DNA of 64,000 bases, taken from Patescibacteria group bacterium (GTDB taxonomy: Bacteria > Patescibacteriota > Patescibacteriia > Patescibacteriales > JBAZCA01). The position numbers were made by a program, and so were the translations under genes. Location of the stretch: the NCBI GenBank assembly GCA_041661405.1, contig JBAZUL010000003.1, forward strand, positions 20,707-84,706. Direction: 5' to 3'. The notes under the pieces were generated by a model that was not told the origin of the DNA, ran no database searches, and was given only the letters and a program-made list of their open reading frames with translations. Numbering within the stretch: the stretch's first letter is position 1; the number at the start of each line of letters is the position of its first letter. This document shows, one piece after another, positions 29,466 to 41,208 of the stretch.

Positions 29466-29909
29466 TTATTTTTCCATCCCCTTTATCCTCCTCCACCGGT
29501 TCGCCGCCCGGGTGCGAGCCATTTCCTTGGCGATTTTAGCGGCAACGCTGGTAAACTGTTCGGCGTCTTGTCTTTCAAGATTTTTTCGGGTTTCTTCGGC
29601 TCGGGCTCGCGCGACTTCGGCGCGGGAAATATCAATCTCCGCCGCCCGTTCGGCCGTATCAGCCAAAATCACAATCTTATCCTTTAAAACTTCAATAAAG
29701 CCGCCGGAAACGGACATCACTTCAATGTTGCCGTCCGGCTGCCGGACTTCAATCACGCCGGGCGCGAGAATGGAAACTAAAGGGATATGGTGCGGCAAAA
29801 TCGTAATTTCGCCGTTTCTCGTCGGCACGGTAACCTGCGCCACCATCTCCTTAAACACTTCCCGCTCAGGAGTGACTATTTCAAATTTAATTGTTTTTGT
29901 ATCGGCCAT
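29466..29909 (-). CDS. atpC: F1 ATP synthase subunit epsilon
   Basis: 147 aa. IKFEIVTPEREVF...VTVPTRNGEITILPHHIPLVS is the canonical epsilon beta-sandwich start. It follows atpD. Confidence 0.92.
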   Translation of the reverse strand: MADTKTIKFEIVTPEREVFKEMVAQVTVPTRNGEITILPHHIPLVSILAPGVIEVRQPDGNIEVMSVSGGFIEVLKDKIVILADTAERAAEIDISRAEVARARAEETRKNLERQDAEQFTSVAAKIAKEMARTRAANRWRRIKGMEK

Positions 29910-29932
29910 AACTTTATACTTTTGACTTTCTA

Positions 29933-31348
<1,416 letters not shown>

Positions 31349-31358
31349 TTAATGCGAC

Positions 31359-32345
31359 TTATTCCGCTAGAGCGTTCGCGCCAGCCGAAATCTCCGCTAT
31401 CTCCCTCGTAATTCCCGCCTGCCGGGCTTTATTGTAAAATAACGTTAACTCGCTGATCATGTCGCCGGCCGCTTCAGTCGCCTGATGCATGGCCGCCATC
31501 CGGGCTGAATGTTCGGACGCGTTTGACTCTAACAAGGCCTGAAATAACTGGGCTTCAACGAGCCGCGGCACCATCTCGTCCAAAACTTCCCGGGGCGACG
31601 GTTCAAAAATGTATTCGTATAAAAACTCTTCAGTTTTCAAATGCTTTGCCTTTTTTTCCTCCATGAACTTTTTATCAATCCCAAGCCTGGAATCAGCGCC
31701 AACCACTCCCAAATATTCGTCGTCCGCGGTTATTTCAACCGGTAAAAGCTGTTTTACCCGCGGAACCTGCCGGGCCGGATTAACGAAATCGGTATAGCCG
31801 ACCATAACTTTATCGTAATTGCCCGCCAGATATTCGTCAATAATGAATTTTGACATCGGAATTACTTCTTTCACTTCAGTAACAAAATCTTCTTTAGAAA
31901 ATTCGGCGCCCAGCTTATAGCCGTAATACCGGGCAATGGCTTTGCCCCGCGATCCGATAAGGATTATTTCCGGTTCAACCGCCTTTTCTTCGCCGATGAA
32001 ATGGAATTTTTTTATGGATTCATGAACCTTATTGACTATATTGGTATTAAAGCCGCCGCAAAGTCCTCGGTTAGAAGTAATCAATACAATTCCCACCTTT
32101 TTAAGATCTTTTCTTTTGGCGAGCAAAGGATGCGATGCCTCACTGCCACCATTCCCGTTACCGTTCGCCATTTGCGACAAATGCAAAACTGTTTCCCAGC
32201 TTAAATTGGCGTAAGTCCGGGTTTTTAAAACCGCTTCAATGGCTTTGCGCATTTTTGAAGCCGAGACCATTTCCATAGCCTTGGTAATTTTTTTTGTATT
32301 GCCGACGGATTTGATTCGCCGCCGGATGTCTCTCGTTGATGGCAT
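31359..32345 (-). CDS. atpG: F1 ATP synthase subunit gamma
   Basis: 328 aa with IRRRIKSVGNTKKITKAMEMVSASKMRKA at the N-terminus and ITREIAEISAGANAL at the C-terminus. Confidence 0.95.
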   Translation of the reverse strand: MPSTRDIRRRIKSVGNTKKITKAMEMVSASKMRKAIEAVLKTRTYANLSWETVLHLSQMANGNGNGGSEASHPLLAKRKDLKKVGIVLITSNRGLCGGFNTNIVNKVHESIKKFHFIGEEKAVEPEIILIGSRGKAIARYYGYKLGAEFSKEDFVTEVKEVIPMSKFIIDEYLAGNYDKVMVGYTDFVNPARQVPRVKQLLPVEITADDEYLGVVGADSRLGIDKKFMEEKKAKHLKTEEFLYEYIFEPSPREVLDEMVPRLVEAQLFQALLESNASEHSARMAAMHQATEAAGDMISELTLFYNKARQAGITREIAEISAGANALAE

Positions 32346-32367
32346 TTGTTTTAATTTTCAGTTATGA

Positions 32368-32431
32368 ATCTGACTACAATTATATTGCGAGCGAAGCATT
32401 GAAAAATTATGGTTTGTAATTGTAGTCAGAT
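32368..32431 (-). repeat. perfect 15-bp inverted repeat (stem-loop) in the atpA-atpG spacer
   Basis: ATCTGACTACAATTA (32368..32382) and TAATTGTAGTCAGAT (32417..32431) with a 34-nt loop. It occupies most of the 89-nt spacer. Confidence 0.85.
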
Positions 32432-32434
32432 CTA

Positions 32435-33949
32435 CTAGCTCAAGGTCGCTTTATAGTCCTCAATCAATTTCTTTACGTCTTTTTCAATCTGCTCGTTCAA
32501 TTCCTTTACTTCGCCAATGGCTTTTAAGACCGCTTCGGCATTGTTAACGGCGTACTTATGGAGGCCCGCCTCAAACTCGCGGACTTTTTCCACCGGAACG
32601 TCATTAATATATCCATTGATTAAGGCGTAGAAAATAAGCACCTGCTGACTGACGGAAATGGTTGAATATTGATCCTGCTTTAAAACTTCCATGAGCCGCT
32701 TCCCGAGTTCCAGCTTGGATTTTGTTTCTTCATCCAAGTCCGAACCGAACTGGGCGAAAGCCGCCAGTTCCCGGTATTGAGCCGCGTCCAGCCGCATCTG
32801 GCCGGCCACTTTTTTCATGGCCTTGATCTGGGCTGAACTGCCGACGCGGGATACGGAAAGTCCGGCGTTAATGGCCGGGCGCTGACCCTGGTAAAAAAGA
32901 TCGCCTTCCAGGAAAATCTGGCCGTCGGTAATGGAAATGACGTTAGTCGGAATATAGGCGGATAAATCTCCGGCTTGGGTTTCAATGATCGGCAGAGCGG
33001 TAATGGAGCCGCCGCCAAAATCTTTATTTAATTTACAAGCCCGCTCTAAAAGCCTTGAATGAAGGTAAAAAACATCGCCCGGATAGGCTTCGCGTCCCGG
33101 AGGCCGCCTTAAGAGAAGCGATATTTCGCGGTAAGCGACCGCGTGCTTTGAGAGATCATCGTAAACCACTAAAACATCTTCGCCCTTGTCCAGGAAATAT
33201 TCGGCAATGGCCGTACCTGAGTAAGGCGCGATATAAAGTAGCGAAGCCGGATCCGAAGCGCCGGCGAGCACTACGGTCGTATATTCCATGGCTCCGGCTT
33301 CTTCAAGTTTGGCGACAATATTGGCGACTTTGGATTCTTTCTGGCCGATGGCGACATAAACGCATTTCATGTTCTCGCCTTTCTGGTTGATAATCGCGTC
33401 AATGGCAATGGCGGTTTTCCCGATTTGGCGGTCGCCGATAATAAGTTCCCGCTGTCCCCGGCCGATCGGAATCATCGCGTCAATCGCTTTAATTCCGGTC
33501 TGCATCGGCTGGCGGACGCCTTCCCGGGTAATTACGCCCGGAGCGATTTTTTCCACCGGATAATCATTCTTAGAGTCTATCGGTCCTTTGCCGTCCACCG
33601 GTTCGCCTAAGGCGTTGACCACCCGGCCGATTACCGCTTCGCCGACCGGCACGGACAGAATTTTTTCCGTCCGGTTTACCTGATCGCCTTCTTTGATTTC
33701 AGTATAATCGCCGAGAACTACGGCTCCGACGTTATCTTCTTCAAGGTTGAAAACCACTCCAAAAACCTTTTTTCCTCCGCTAGTTACGAACTCAAGCATT
33801 TCCGAAGCCAAAGCGTCAGAAAGGCCGGATACGCGGGCAATGCCGTCCCCGACTTCTACAACAATTCCGACTGACTGCTTTTTCGCCTCAGCCTTAAAAC
33901 CGGCGATTTCGTTTTTTAACTGCTCAATGATGAAATCTTTTGTAGCCAT
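32435..33949 (-). CDS. atpA: F1 ATP synthase subunit alpha
   Basis: 504 aa with Walker [12 protein letters not shown] and a canonical alpha fold sequence throughout. Confidence 0.98.
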   Translation of the reverse strand: MATKDFIIEQLKNEIAGFKAEAKKQSVGIVVEVGDGIARVSGLSDALASEMLEFVTSGGKKVFGVVFNLEEDNVGAVVLGDYTEIKEGDQVNRTEKILSVPVGEAVIGRVVNALGEPVDGKGPIDSKNDYPVEKIAPGVITREGVRQPMQTGIKAIDAMIPIGRGQRELIIGDRQIGKTAIAIDAIINQKGENMKCVYVAIGQKESKVANIVAKLEEAGAMEYTTVVLAGASDPASLLYIAPYSGTAIAEYFLDKGEDVLVVYDDLSKHAVAYREISLLLRRPPGREAYPGDVFYLHSRLLERACKLNKDFGGGSITALPIIETQAGDLSAYIPTNVISITDGQIFLEGDLFYQGQRPAINAGLSVSRVGSSAQIKAMKKVAGQMRLDAAQYRELAAFAQFGSDLDEETKSKLELGKRLMEVLKQDQYSTISVSQQVLIFYALINGYINDVPVEKVREFEAGLHKYAVNNAEAVLKAIGEVKELNEQIEKDVKKLIEDYKATLS

Positions 33950-33966
33950 ATTGGTATAATAGGTAA

Positions 33967-34368
33967 TTATTTAGCTAAATCCATTTTAAGCCGGAACAAC
34001 TTGCTCCTTAAACTGCCATCCACTATTTTATCTTCATACTTAATAATCACTCCGCCTAAAATTTTCTCGTCCAGGCTTTCTTTTATTTCCAGTTTTTTCG
34101 CGCCGCTCATCTCTAAAATATATTCCTTTAAATCTTTCATTACATCTTTCTTTAAGGGATTGGCGCTTATGATTTCCGCTTCCAATATCCCCTCTTCTAT
34201 TCTGAAAATCTTATCTAAATTCCGAATCACGTCTTTGGCTTTTTTAAAATCATTGTTTTTCGCCAAAACCGCGATAAATTTTTTCACTACGGCTTTAATT
34301 TCCCCGTCCTTTTTTTCCCGGACAGCTTCGTATAATCCCGTAGCGTATTGTTTGGCTGAAATTCTCAT
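33967..34368 (-). CDS. atpH: F1 ATP synthase subunit delta (OSCP), unusually short
   Basis: 133 aa. N-terminal [12 protein letters not shown] and C-terminal [22 protein letters not shown] match the delta pattern, and its position is between atpF and atpA. Typical deltas are about 180 aa. Confidence 0.8.
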   Translation of the reverse strand: MRISAKQYATGLYEAVREKKDGEIKAVVKKFIAVLAKNNDFKKAKDVIRNLDKIFRIEEGILEAEIISANPLKKDVMKDLKEYILEMSGAKKLEIKESLDEKILGGVIIKYEDKIVDGSLRSKLFRLKMDLAK

Positions 34369-34370
34369 AA

Positions 34371-34412
34371 TCCAAATCTAAAATCAAAATTCAAAAATCT
34401 AAAATCTAAAAT
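34371..34412 (-). repeat. six heptad words filling the atpF-atpH spacer
   Basis: TCCAAAT CTAAAAT CAAAATT CAAAAAT CTAAAAT CTAAAAT, an exact 7-nt register from the atpH start side to the atpF stop codon. Confidence 0.85.
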
Positions 34413-34915
34413 TACAGATCCTTAGCTTCTTTCACCATTTTATCAATCAGTTCTTTATCCTCTTTGGCGTCCACTTTTTTGTCCAAAACTTTTTCCACCG
34501 CCAAAACTACCAATTCCCCGATTTCTTTCCTTATTTCCTTTAAAGTAATCTCTTTCTCCACCTGCATCTTTTCTTTTTCTTTATTAATAATCATCCCGAT
34601 TTCTTCCCGGGCTTTAACTACCATTTCTTTCTTTTTTTCCTCGGCAATGGCGTTGGTTTTCTCAATAATGTCATTAGCTTCCTTTTTCGCGCGCGCGAGG
34701 ATTTCCGCCCGTTCTTTCTCGGTTTTCTTTAATTCCTTTTCAATCCGCTCCGCGTCCGAAAGGCTCTTTTCTATCTTTTCCGTCCGCTCTCCCATGGTCT
34801 TTAAAAGAGGCTTTAGAATTAAAAAATACAAAACCGCCAGGACAATGGCAAAATTTATCACCTGGGCGATTATCAGTTTTACGTCAATGTGGAAAGTTTC
34901 AATTAGGGACTCCAT
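34412..34915 (-). CDS. atpF: Fo ATP synthase subunit b
   Basis: 167 aa with one N-terminal TM helix (IIAQVINFAIVLAVLYFLIL) followed by a long charged helix. The operon position fits. Confidence 0.9.
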   Translation of the reverse strand: MESLIETFHIDVKLIIAQVINFAIVLAVLYFLILKPLLKTMGERTEKIEKSLSDAERIEKELKKTEKERAEILARAKKEANDIIEKTNAIAEEKKKEMVVKAREEIGMIINKEKEKMQVEKEITLKEIRKEIGELVVLAVEKVLDKKVDAKEDKELIDKMVKEAKDL

Positions 34916-34929
34916 AGAATCTATTTTAA

Positions 34930-34978
34930 ATTTTAGATTTTTGATTTTAGAATCATATCAAAAATCGCAAATCAAAAA
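34930..34978 (-). repeat. heptad words plus a 10-bp inverted repeat in the atpE-atpF spacer
   Basis: ATTTTAG ATTTTTG ATTTTAG (the reverse complement of the CTAAAAT/CAAAAAT words at 34371..34412), then TCAAAAA TCGCAAA TCAAAAA. The inverted repeat is GATTTTTGAT (34936..34945) / ATCAAAAATC (34957..34966). Confidence 0.8.
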
Positions 34979-35044
34979 TATTAATAATCTCACTTCTACC
35001 CCACGCCTTAAAAAGCAGTGGAGCAGCGGGTAAAACCACTAATC

Positions 35045-35278
<234 letters not shown>

Positions 35279-35282
35279 TTAA

Positions 35283-35336
35283 AAGTTTATAAAGCACAAA
35301 GTTGAATACTTTCAACATTAATCTTTATAAACTTTC
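35283..35336 (-). repeat. nested AT-rich stem-loop in the atpB-atpE spacer
   Basis: Outer perfect 13-bp inverted repeat AAAGTTTATAAAG (35283..35295) / CTTTATAAACTTT (35324..35336). Inner hairpin GTTGAA-TACT-TTCAAC (35302..35317). This is followed by ~7-nt-period words TTAACTT TTAACTT TATTACTT TCAACTT (35344..35372). Confidence 0.8.
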
Positions 35337-35380
35337 ACCTTATTAACTTTTAACTTTATTACTTTCAACTTTATACTGTA

Positions 35381-36310
35381 TTAATGCTCTTCCTGAATCG
35401 TGTTCATGGTAAGATAGGCAAGGATCAGCATGGAAAAAATCAAAGCCTGGATTAACCCGACTACTACTTCTAAAAACATAAAAGGCACCGGCAGGCCGAA
35501 AGCGAGGATTGCCGCCATGGAAGCGAGTAGCACTTCTCCGGCGAAAATATTGCCGAATAACCGGAAAGAAAGGCTGGCGATTTTCGCCGCTTCGCCGACG
35601 ATTTCAATCAGGCCGACAAAAGCCTTGATCGGATTAACGATTATGATTGTCGGGTCTTTCCTTATTTTTCCCGGTATTTCCAAAAACGCCTTTATGTTAA
35701 TGAACTTGTTGAAATATTTCCAGACTCCGAGCGCCATGACCCCGAAAATATGGCTCGCTACCACGCCGATAATCGCCAGAGCGAGCGTTGTATTAAGATC
35801 AGCGGTTCCGCCGCGCAAAAAAGGGACAAAAACTTTTTCTCCGTGCTCGGAAACTACCTTACCGACCGAGCCGACTCCCGGCAAAAGGCCGAGCCAATTA
35901 TTGATCAATATCAGCATGAAAAAGCTGAAAACAATGGGAAAAAACTTCAGGGATTTTTCCCGCGATCCGGTTACCGAATCAAACATTCCTAAAAATCCCT
36001 CAATAATCATTTCAAAAGCGTTCTGGATTCCCCGCGGAACAGCCCTGATTTTAGTCCGCACCGCTATCGCGATAACAAGGATGATGATTATTGCCAGCCA
36101 GGAATTGATTAAAGAATTGGTAATGCTGAAACTGCCAAAATGGGCGATTGGTTCGGCAAACAGGGTATTTTCACGCACCAGCTCTTCCTTATTGCCATCT
36201 TCGGCGCGGCTGGCTTCGGCTTCCGTTTTTGCTCCTGATTCTTCAGTCCCTGTCTGAGCAATTTCATGCTCAACGCCCTCTTGAGCCAATTGTGTTTCGC
36301 TATGCTCCAT
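35381..36310 (-). CDS. atpB: Fo ATP synthase subunit a with acidic N-terminal extension
   Basis: 309 aa with the essential-Arg region LSFRLFGNIFAGE. About 60 aa of E/A/T-rich sequence precede the first TM helix. Confidence 0.92.
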   Translation of the reverse strand: MEHSETQLAQEGVEHEIAQTGTEESGAKTEAEASRAEDGNKEELVRENTLFAEPIAHFGSFSITNSLINSWLAIIIILVIAIAVRTKIRAVPRGIQNAFEMIIEGFLGMFDSVTGSREKSLKFFPIVFSFFMLILINNWLGLLPGVGSVGKVVSEHGEKVFVPFLRGGTADLNTTLALAIIGVVASHIFGVMALGVWKYFNKFINIKAFLEIPGKIRKDPTIIIVNPIKAFVGLIEIVGEAAKIASLSFRLFGNIFAGEVLLASMAAILAFGLPVPFMFLEVVVGLIQALIFSMLILAYLTMNTIQEEH

Positions 36311-36313
36311 ACT

Positions 36314-36631
36314 TTAAACTTTTGGTTTATTTCCGCCTTTCTTAACTTTTTCCTCTTCTTCAATTCTTCTGTATTCCCGGCCGACTTCCTTTACCAGCCC
36401 GAACATTGAAATTACAAAAGAAAAGCCGACGCTGAAAAAAATGTAAAATGATTTATCATTATTATACCTCTCGTCCAGCCAATTTCCTAATAGCGCCCCG
36501 ATGAGGACCGGCGCGGCGATCCAGCCGGAAAACCGAAAAAATAAAATAAGCGCCGGCTGCCACCAGGCGTTGTCTTTGGATCCCTCTCTGTCCGCGTCCA
36601 ATGCTTCTGGCTTTTTTCCTTTATCGCTCAT
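36314..36631 (-). CDS. AtpZ/AtpI-like small membrane protein leading the atp operon
   Basis: 105 aa with two TM helices. WWQPALILFFRFSGWIAAPVLIGALLGNWLDERY resembles the AtpZ family. It sits 3 nt upstream of atpB. Confidence 0.65.
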   Translation of the reverse strand: MSDKGKKPEALDADREGSKDNAWWQPALILFFRFSGWIAAPVLIGALLGNWLDERYNNDKSFYIFFSVGFSFVISMFGLVKEVGREYRRIEEEEKVKKGGNKPKV

Positions 36632-36751
36632 ATGCCAAACGAATAGGGACGCAACAGTCCCTATTCTCCTTACTCTTCTTTTTAGCTTAATTCATGACAA
36701 AAGTCAAGAGGTTTTTAGTATTTTTAGCCGATGGCGGCAGGCCCTATCGCC

Positions 36752-37594
36752 TTAAATACCGAATAATTCTCTCGCGTTTCTCGTAGTTACTTCAGCGATT
36801 TTTTCCAGGGTCAATCCCTTAGCTTCGGCAATCCTCCCCGCGACGTATTTAACCAAAAGCGGCTCATTCCTTTTCCCCCGGAAAGGCTCGGGCGCCATGA
36901 ATGGACAATCAGTCTCAACCATAAATTTATGCAAAGGCGCTTTGCGGATGATCGCGTCAGCCTTGTCGGTAAAAGTTATGAGGCCGGTGAAAGATACCAT
37001 GAGCCCGAGATTAAAATACTGCCAGGCCAGGTCTTCTGATCCGTAAAAGCAATGCATAACTCCCCAGGGTCTTCCGTCATCAGGAAAAAGATCGCGATTC
37101 TTCCGCTTAAAATCTTTTAAAATCGCGAGCATATCGTCATGGGCGTCGCGGCAATGGATAATAACCGGAAGATTCTTTCTCCGGCCTAAGGCGACCTGCG
37201 AAAGAAACACCTCTTTCTGCTTCGCTTTTATCGCGGCGATGTCGCCGGTCTTTGGCAGATGAAAATAATCCAAGCCGACTTCGCCGATAGCGACGACTTT
37301 TTCAAAGGTAGCGAGTTTTTCATAAATGTCATAATTAAATTCTTCGCCGGTCGTATTTATCTCCTCGCCTTCTTCTTCGGCTTCGGTTTCATGGAGATGG
37401 ATCGGATGGATGCCGATGGCCGCGTAAACCCCCTTTTCATATTTATTGGCATAATCAATCGCCCGCTTTGAAGTGCGGTACTCCGAGCCGACTAAAATCA
37501 TCCAGGTATCGTTTTCCAAAGCCCGCTTTATCACTTCGTCGGCATCTTCGCGGAAAGCGCGGAAATTTACGTGGGCGTGGGTGTCTATGAGCAT
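36752..37594 (-). CDS. tatD: TatD-family metal-dependent hydrolase (DNase)
   Basis: 280 aa with MLIDTHAHVNF, AIGEVGLDY, PVIIHCRDA and ETDCPFMAP. Confidence 0.92.
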   Translation of the reverse strand: MLIDTHAHVNFRAFREDADEVIKRALENDTWMILVGSEYRTSKRAIDYANKYEKGVYAAIGIHPIHLHETEAEEEGEEINTTGEEFNYDIYEKLATFEKVVAIGEVGLDYFHLPKTGDIAAIKAKQKEVFLSQVALGRRKNLPVIIHCRDAHDDMLAILKDFKRKNRDLFPDDGRPWGVMHCFYGSEDLAWQYFNLGLMVSFTGLITFTDKADAIIRKAPLHKFMVETDCPFMAPEPFRGKRNEPLLVKYVAGRIAEAKGLTLEKIAEVTTRNARELFGI

Positions 37595-37625
37595 GATTTT
37601 AAATTTAAAACATAATTAGCCAGGC

Positions 37626-38222
37626 TTATTGCCTCAAAATCTTCACATGATTTATGTCCCTCAAATCAACCAGCCTTGACGGCTTTGCTTTCAGCTCTCC
37701 GGCGTCTATTACTAGATCCGGCCGGTATTGCTTAAATATTTTTTCCGTTTCCGAAACATCCTTGATTAACGGCTCCCCGCTTAAATTAAGACTTGTTGAA
37801 ACGAGCGGCGCTCCGGTCTTCTTGATTATTTTAATTAAAAAATCATTTTTCGGCAATCGGACAGCGATTGACCGGCCTCCGCCCCGCAAAATACGGGGCA
37901 AATTGCCTCTGGATTCAAGAACAACCGACAGTGGAACTGAGCGGGACCACGCCATTTTCAAATATTCATCCTGTTTTTTGTTTATTCGGCAATATTTTTT
38001 TGCCATCGCGAGGCTTTTTACAAGGATTAAAAGCGGTTTTTTCTTTTCCCTTTTTTTTATTTTAAAAATTTTCCGGACTGCCTTAGCGTCAGTCGCGAGG
38101 CATCCTAATCCGTAAACCGTATCAGTCGGATAAGCGATTACTTTTCCCTGATTTAAAAAATTGACTATCAAGTCAATTTCCTTTTTCCCGGGACTCTTAA
38201 AATTTATTTTGATCCGTTCCAT
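37626..38222 (-). CDS. tsaC: L-threonylcarbamoyladenylate synthase (YrdC/TsaC type)
   Basis: 198 aa with GKVIAYPTDTVYGLGC, KKKPLLILV, IAVRLP and APLVSTSLNLSGEP. Confidence 0.9.
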   Translation of the reverse strand: MERIKINFKSPGKKEIDLIVNFLNQGKVIAYPTDTVYGLGCLATDAKAVRKIFKIKKREKKKPLLILVKSLAMAKKYCRINKKQDEYLKMAWSRSVPLSVVLESRGNLPRILRGGGRSIAVRLPKNDFLIKIIKKTGAPLVSTSLNLSGEPLIKDVSETEKIFKQYRPDLVIDAGELKAKPSRLVDLRDINHVKILRQ

Positions 38223-38851
38223 ACTTTTTCTTTGAGATAAGCGCCGGTTTCTTTTAATTTTTCCGTGTTAAAGCTGTCCGTATCAATTCCTTTAAAATCC
38301 ATGTTTTTCAGGCCGGCGCTTTTGCCTTCCCCTAGATTCTTAATCTTCTCCCAAAGGTTGGGTAAAAGCGGGACGATTACACCCGCGTATTTAAGAAGAA
38401 TCGGCGCTATTTTTGAAGTTTTTATGTATCCAGCTAAAAGCTTGGCTCCGATTTCAACCTGGTTAAGGCCGTATAAAGCCAGCCCGATTATCAGCCCGCC
38501 TAAAACCAGGCCGAAGATAGCGCCGAGCAAACGATTGATGGACTTTAAAAACGGGATGAAAAAAAGCGAATTATAGCTCCCCTCAACCAAAATAAAGAAA
38601 AAATTTATGAGCCGGTTGGCGATGATGAATACGACCATGAAAATCACCGCCCTCCCCAGGCTCTCAAAGCCGAAGAATAATTTTTCCGCCAAAGCGTAAA
38701 CCGGAAGGTAAAAAATATTAGCGATCCAGACGCCAATAACCAAAGCGATAATCGCGCCGATGGTTTTTATGAGTCCGTTAAATAAGCCGTAAAAAGCAAA
38801 ACCGGCGATAATAAGAATGAGTATGATGTCAAAACCGGACATAAAAATCAA
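38204..38851 (-). CDS. cvpA: CvpA-family membrane protein
   Basis: 215 aa. FDIILILIIAGFAFYGLFNGLIKTIGAIIALVIGVWIA is a typical CvpA N-terminus, and there are 4-5 TM helices. Confidence 0.8.
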   Translation of the reverse strand: MIFMSGFDIILILIIAGFAFYGLFNGLIKTIGAIIALVIGVWIANIFYLPVYALAEKLFFGFESLGRAVIFMVVFIIANRLINFFFILVEGSYNSLFFIPFLKSINRLLGAIFGLVLGGLIIGLALYGLNQVEIGAKLLAGYIKTSKIAPILLKYAGVIVPLLPNLWEKIKNLGEGKSAGLKNMDFKGIDTDSFNTEKLKETGAYLKEKVWNGSK

Positions 38852-38857
38852 TTATTG

Positions 38858-40291
38858 TTATATTCTCGGAAATAATGGATCTTCTTTTTTTATCTGCTTC
38901 TCGCCGAACTGCCGGACAATTTTCTCCGCGGTTTCCGGTAGAAACGGGAGGAGCAACCGGCCGATATTAAGGATGTTTTTTGCCACCGGCTTTAATACCT
39001 CCATTATCTCATCTTTTCCTTTCATTTTCCAGGGGGCTTTTTCGCTTAAAAACGCGTCGCTTTCGGCGATTTTTTCCCAGATAATTTTCAAAGCCTGGTC
39101 AAACTGAAATTTTTCCATTTCATCGTTCCATCTTCTCTCCAGTTCCTTGTCTTTCGCTTTGGCCAAATCCAATTCAATGCCGTTTTTTTCCAGAAGCGTT
39201 GCCGTCCGGCTAACGAGGTTCCCTAGCCCGTTCGCCAGGTCGGCGCTATATTTTTTTTCAAACTTGTCAAAAGAAAAATCGCCGTCTTCAAAGGGAGTAA
39301 TTTCCGCCAATAGATAATATCTTAAAGCGTCGGTCCCGTATTTTTCCACGACTTCGTAAGGATTAACAACATTACCCAAAGATTTACTCATCTTTTTCCC
39401 GTCGGCGGTAATAAATCCGAAAATTAAAATCTGTCTGGAAGCCGGCAGTCCGGCTGACATTAGCATGGCCTGCCACATAGCTGACTGTTGGCGTAAATTG
39501 TCTTTGCCCGCCACCTGCGTAACCGGCCAATACTCGGCAAACTTTTTTTCATCTTCAGGCCAGTTTAAAGCCGAAATATAGTTTACCAAAGCGTCAAACC
39601 AGACATACATAACATGCTCTTCGTCGCCCGGCACGGGAACGCCCCAGGGCATCTTTGATTTTAACCTTGAAATGCTAAAATCCTGAAGCCCGGATTTAAC
39701 AAAATTTTTTATCTCATGAAGACGGTGGCCGGGCATGACAAAAAAAGGATTTTTTTCATAAAGCTCCAAAAGTTTTTCCTGGTAATTTGACCATTTGAAA
39801 AAATAATTTTCTTCCTCAATAATTTCCAGTTCCTGGTTCGGATGCAGAGGGCATTTGCCGCCAACCAACTCCGAATCGGTTTTTTCCAGCTCGCAACCAA
39901 CGCAGTATTTGACTTTATAGATCTTTTTTTCAATATCGCCGTTTTTGTCGCACCTCTTCCAGAATTCCCGCGCGGCTTTAATGTGATGCTCGTCCGTAGT
40001 CCGGATGAAATTATTGTAGCTCAGGTTAAGCGATTTTTTTAAGTCTTCAAACCGAGCCGCGTACTGGTCGCAGTAAGCCTTAGGATCAATGCCGGCTTCC
40101 AGAGCTTTGCGGTAAATTTTCAGGCCGTGCTCGTCAGTACCGGTGTTAAAAAAAACCTCTTCCCCTTTTTGGGCGTGGTGCCGGGCGATTACGTCCGCCT
40201 TAATAATCTCCGCCGCGAACCCGATATGCGGGTCGGCGTTAACATAAGGCAGGGTCGTTGTAATATAAAATTTTTTATTTTTGCCGGACAT
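38858..40291 (-). CDS. metG: methionine--tRNA ligase (short form)
   Basis: 477 aa with YITTTLPYVNADPHIGFA (HIGH-type), KMSKSLGN, and the zinc knuckle CVGCE...GKCPLH. There is no C-terminal tRNA-binding appendage. Confidence 0.96.
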   Translation of the reverse strand: MSGKNKKFYITTTLPYVNADPHIGFAAEIIKADVIARHHAQKGEEVFFNTGTDEHGLKIYRKALEAGIDPKAYCDQYAARFEDLKKSLNLSYNNFIRTTDEHHIKAAREFWKRCDKNGDIEKKIYKVKYCVGCELEKTDSELVGGKCPLHPNQELEIIEEENYFFKWSNYQEKLLELYEKNPFFVMPGHRLHEIKNFVKSGLQDFSISRLKSKMPWGVPVPGDEEHVMYVWFDALVNYISALNWPEDEKKFAEYWPVTQVAGKDNLRQQSAMWQAMLMSAGLPASRQILIFGFITADGKKMSKSLGNVVNPYEVVEKYGTDALRYYLLAEITPFEDGDFSFDKFEKKYSADLANGLGNLVSRTATLLEKNGIELDLAKAKDKELERRWNDEMEKFQFDQALKIIWEKIAESDAFLSEKAPWKMKGKDEIMEVLKPVAKNILNIGRLLLPFLPETAEKIVRQFGEKQIKKEDPLFPRI

Positions 40292-40349
40292 TTACATTTA
40301 TATCTTTAGAAATTTAAACAATTCTTCGGGATAGTTATTAATAATAATA

Positions 40350-41207
40350 TCAACCGATTATAACGACAAACTCCCCTTTTTGGTCGTTAGTATTGGCTTT
40401 TATTTTCTCAATGATATTCGGAAGGCTTCCCCGGTAAACGGTTTCAAACATTTTTGACAGCTCCCGGCAGACGACCACCGAGGTAATTTCTTTTTTCTTT
40501 ATTTTATCCTTCTCGTTTTTTTTATCTTTCTTGTAATACCCTTTCCCAACTTCCTCCAGCGGTAAAATATCTTCCGCTCCTCCAGCCAAACCGGCGGCCA
40601 GTTCCTGCAATTCTTCTAAAAACCTAATTATACGGTGTTTTGATTCGTAAACCACGACCGGATATTCGCTTTGGAGAATCCGGCGGATAAATTTTTGCCT
40701 CCCCTTCTTATGAGGCGGAAAGCCCATGAATATGAATTTATCGGTCGGGATGCCGGAAATGGAAAGCGCCGCGGTTACGGCTGAAGGCCCGGGCACGGAT
40801 TCAATCTGCACGGCCGCGCCATGCCGCGTCCTTACCATTTCTTTTTCAACCACAACAGATTCTTCGCCCTTTTCGTCATTGTCTCCGCTTTCGGGGCTAA
40901 AACGTTCTATTACGGCCTGAACGAGCTTACCGCCCGGATCGGAAATTCCCGGCGTTCCGGCGTCCGAAACCAAAGCCAGGTTCTTGCCGCGGGCGAGCAG
41001 GTCTAATATGTATTCTATTTTTTTCAGGTCTGAGTGCTGGTGGTAGGAAATCGCCGGAGTGGCGATTTTGTAGTGATCTAAGAGCCTTTTTGTTATCCTC
41101 GTGTCTTCGCACAAAATAAAATTCACCTCCCCAAGGATGCGCAGAGCCCGCAGGGTTATGTCCTCAAGATTTCCGATTGGAGTAGCGACAATGTATAGCG
41201 TTGACAT
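40350..41207 (-). CDS. rsmI: 16S rRNA (cytidine1402-2'-O)-methyltransferase RsmI with two charged insertions
   Basis: 285 aa with LYIVATPIGNLEDITLRALRIL, ILCEDTR, LVSDAGTPGISDPG and VVCRELSKMFE. The insertions are SPESGDNDEKGEESVVVEKEMV and a KKDKKNEKDKIKKKE segment. Confidence 0.9.
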   Translation of the reverse strand: MSTLYIVATPIGNLEDITLRALRILGEVNFILCEDTRITKRLLDHYKIATPAISYHQHSDLKKIEYILDLLARGKNLALVSDAGTPGISDPGGKLVQAVIERFSPESGDNDEKGEESVVVEKEMVRTRHGAAVQIESVPGPSAVTAALSISGIPTDKFIFMGFPPHKKGRQKFIRRILQSEYPVVVYESKHRIIRFLEELQELAAGLAGGAEDILPLEEVGKGYYKKDKKNEKDKIKKKEITSVVVCRELSKMFETVYRGSLPNIIEKIKANTNDQKGEFVVIIG

Positions 41208-41208
41208 A

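Noticed and set aside
35430-36257. 275-aa plus-strand ORF, with similar long plus-strand ORFs at 34464..35033, 29383..29925, 49506..50234, 57229..57786 and 20393..20977
   Set aside because: Each lies fully antisense to a strongly supported conserved minus-strand gene (atpB, atpF, atpC, gyrA, ftsK, gldG-like). Their translations are S/P/A/F-rich low-complexity sequence with no motifs. They are typical shadow ORFs.
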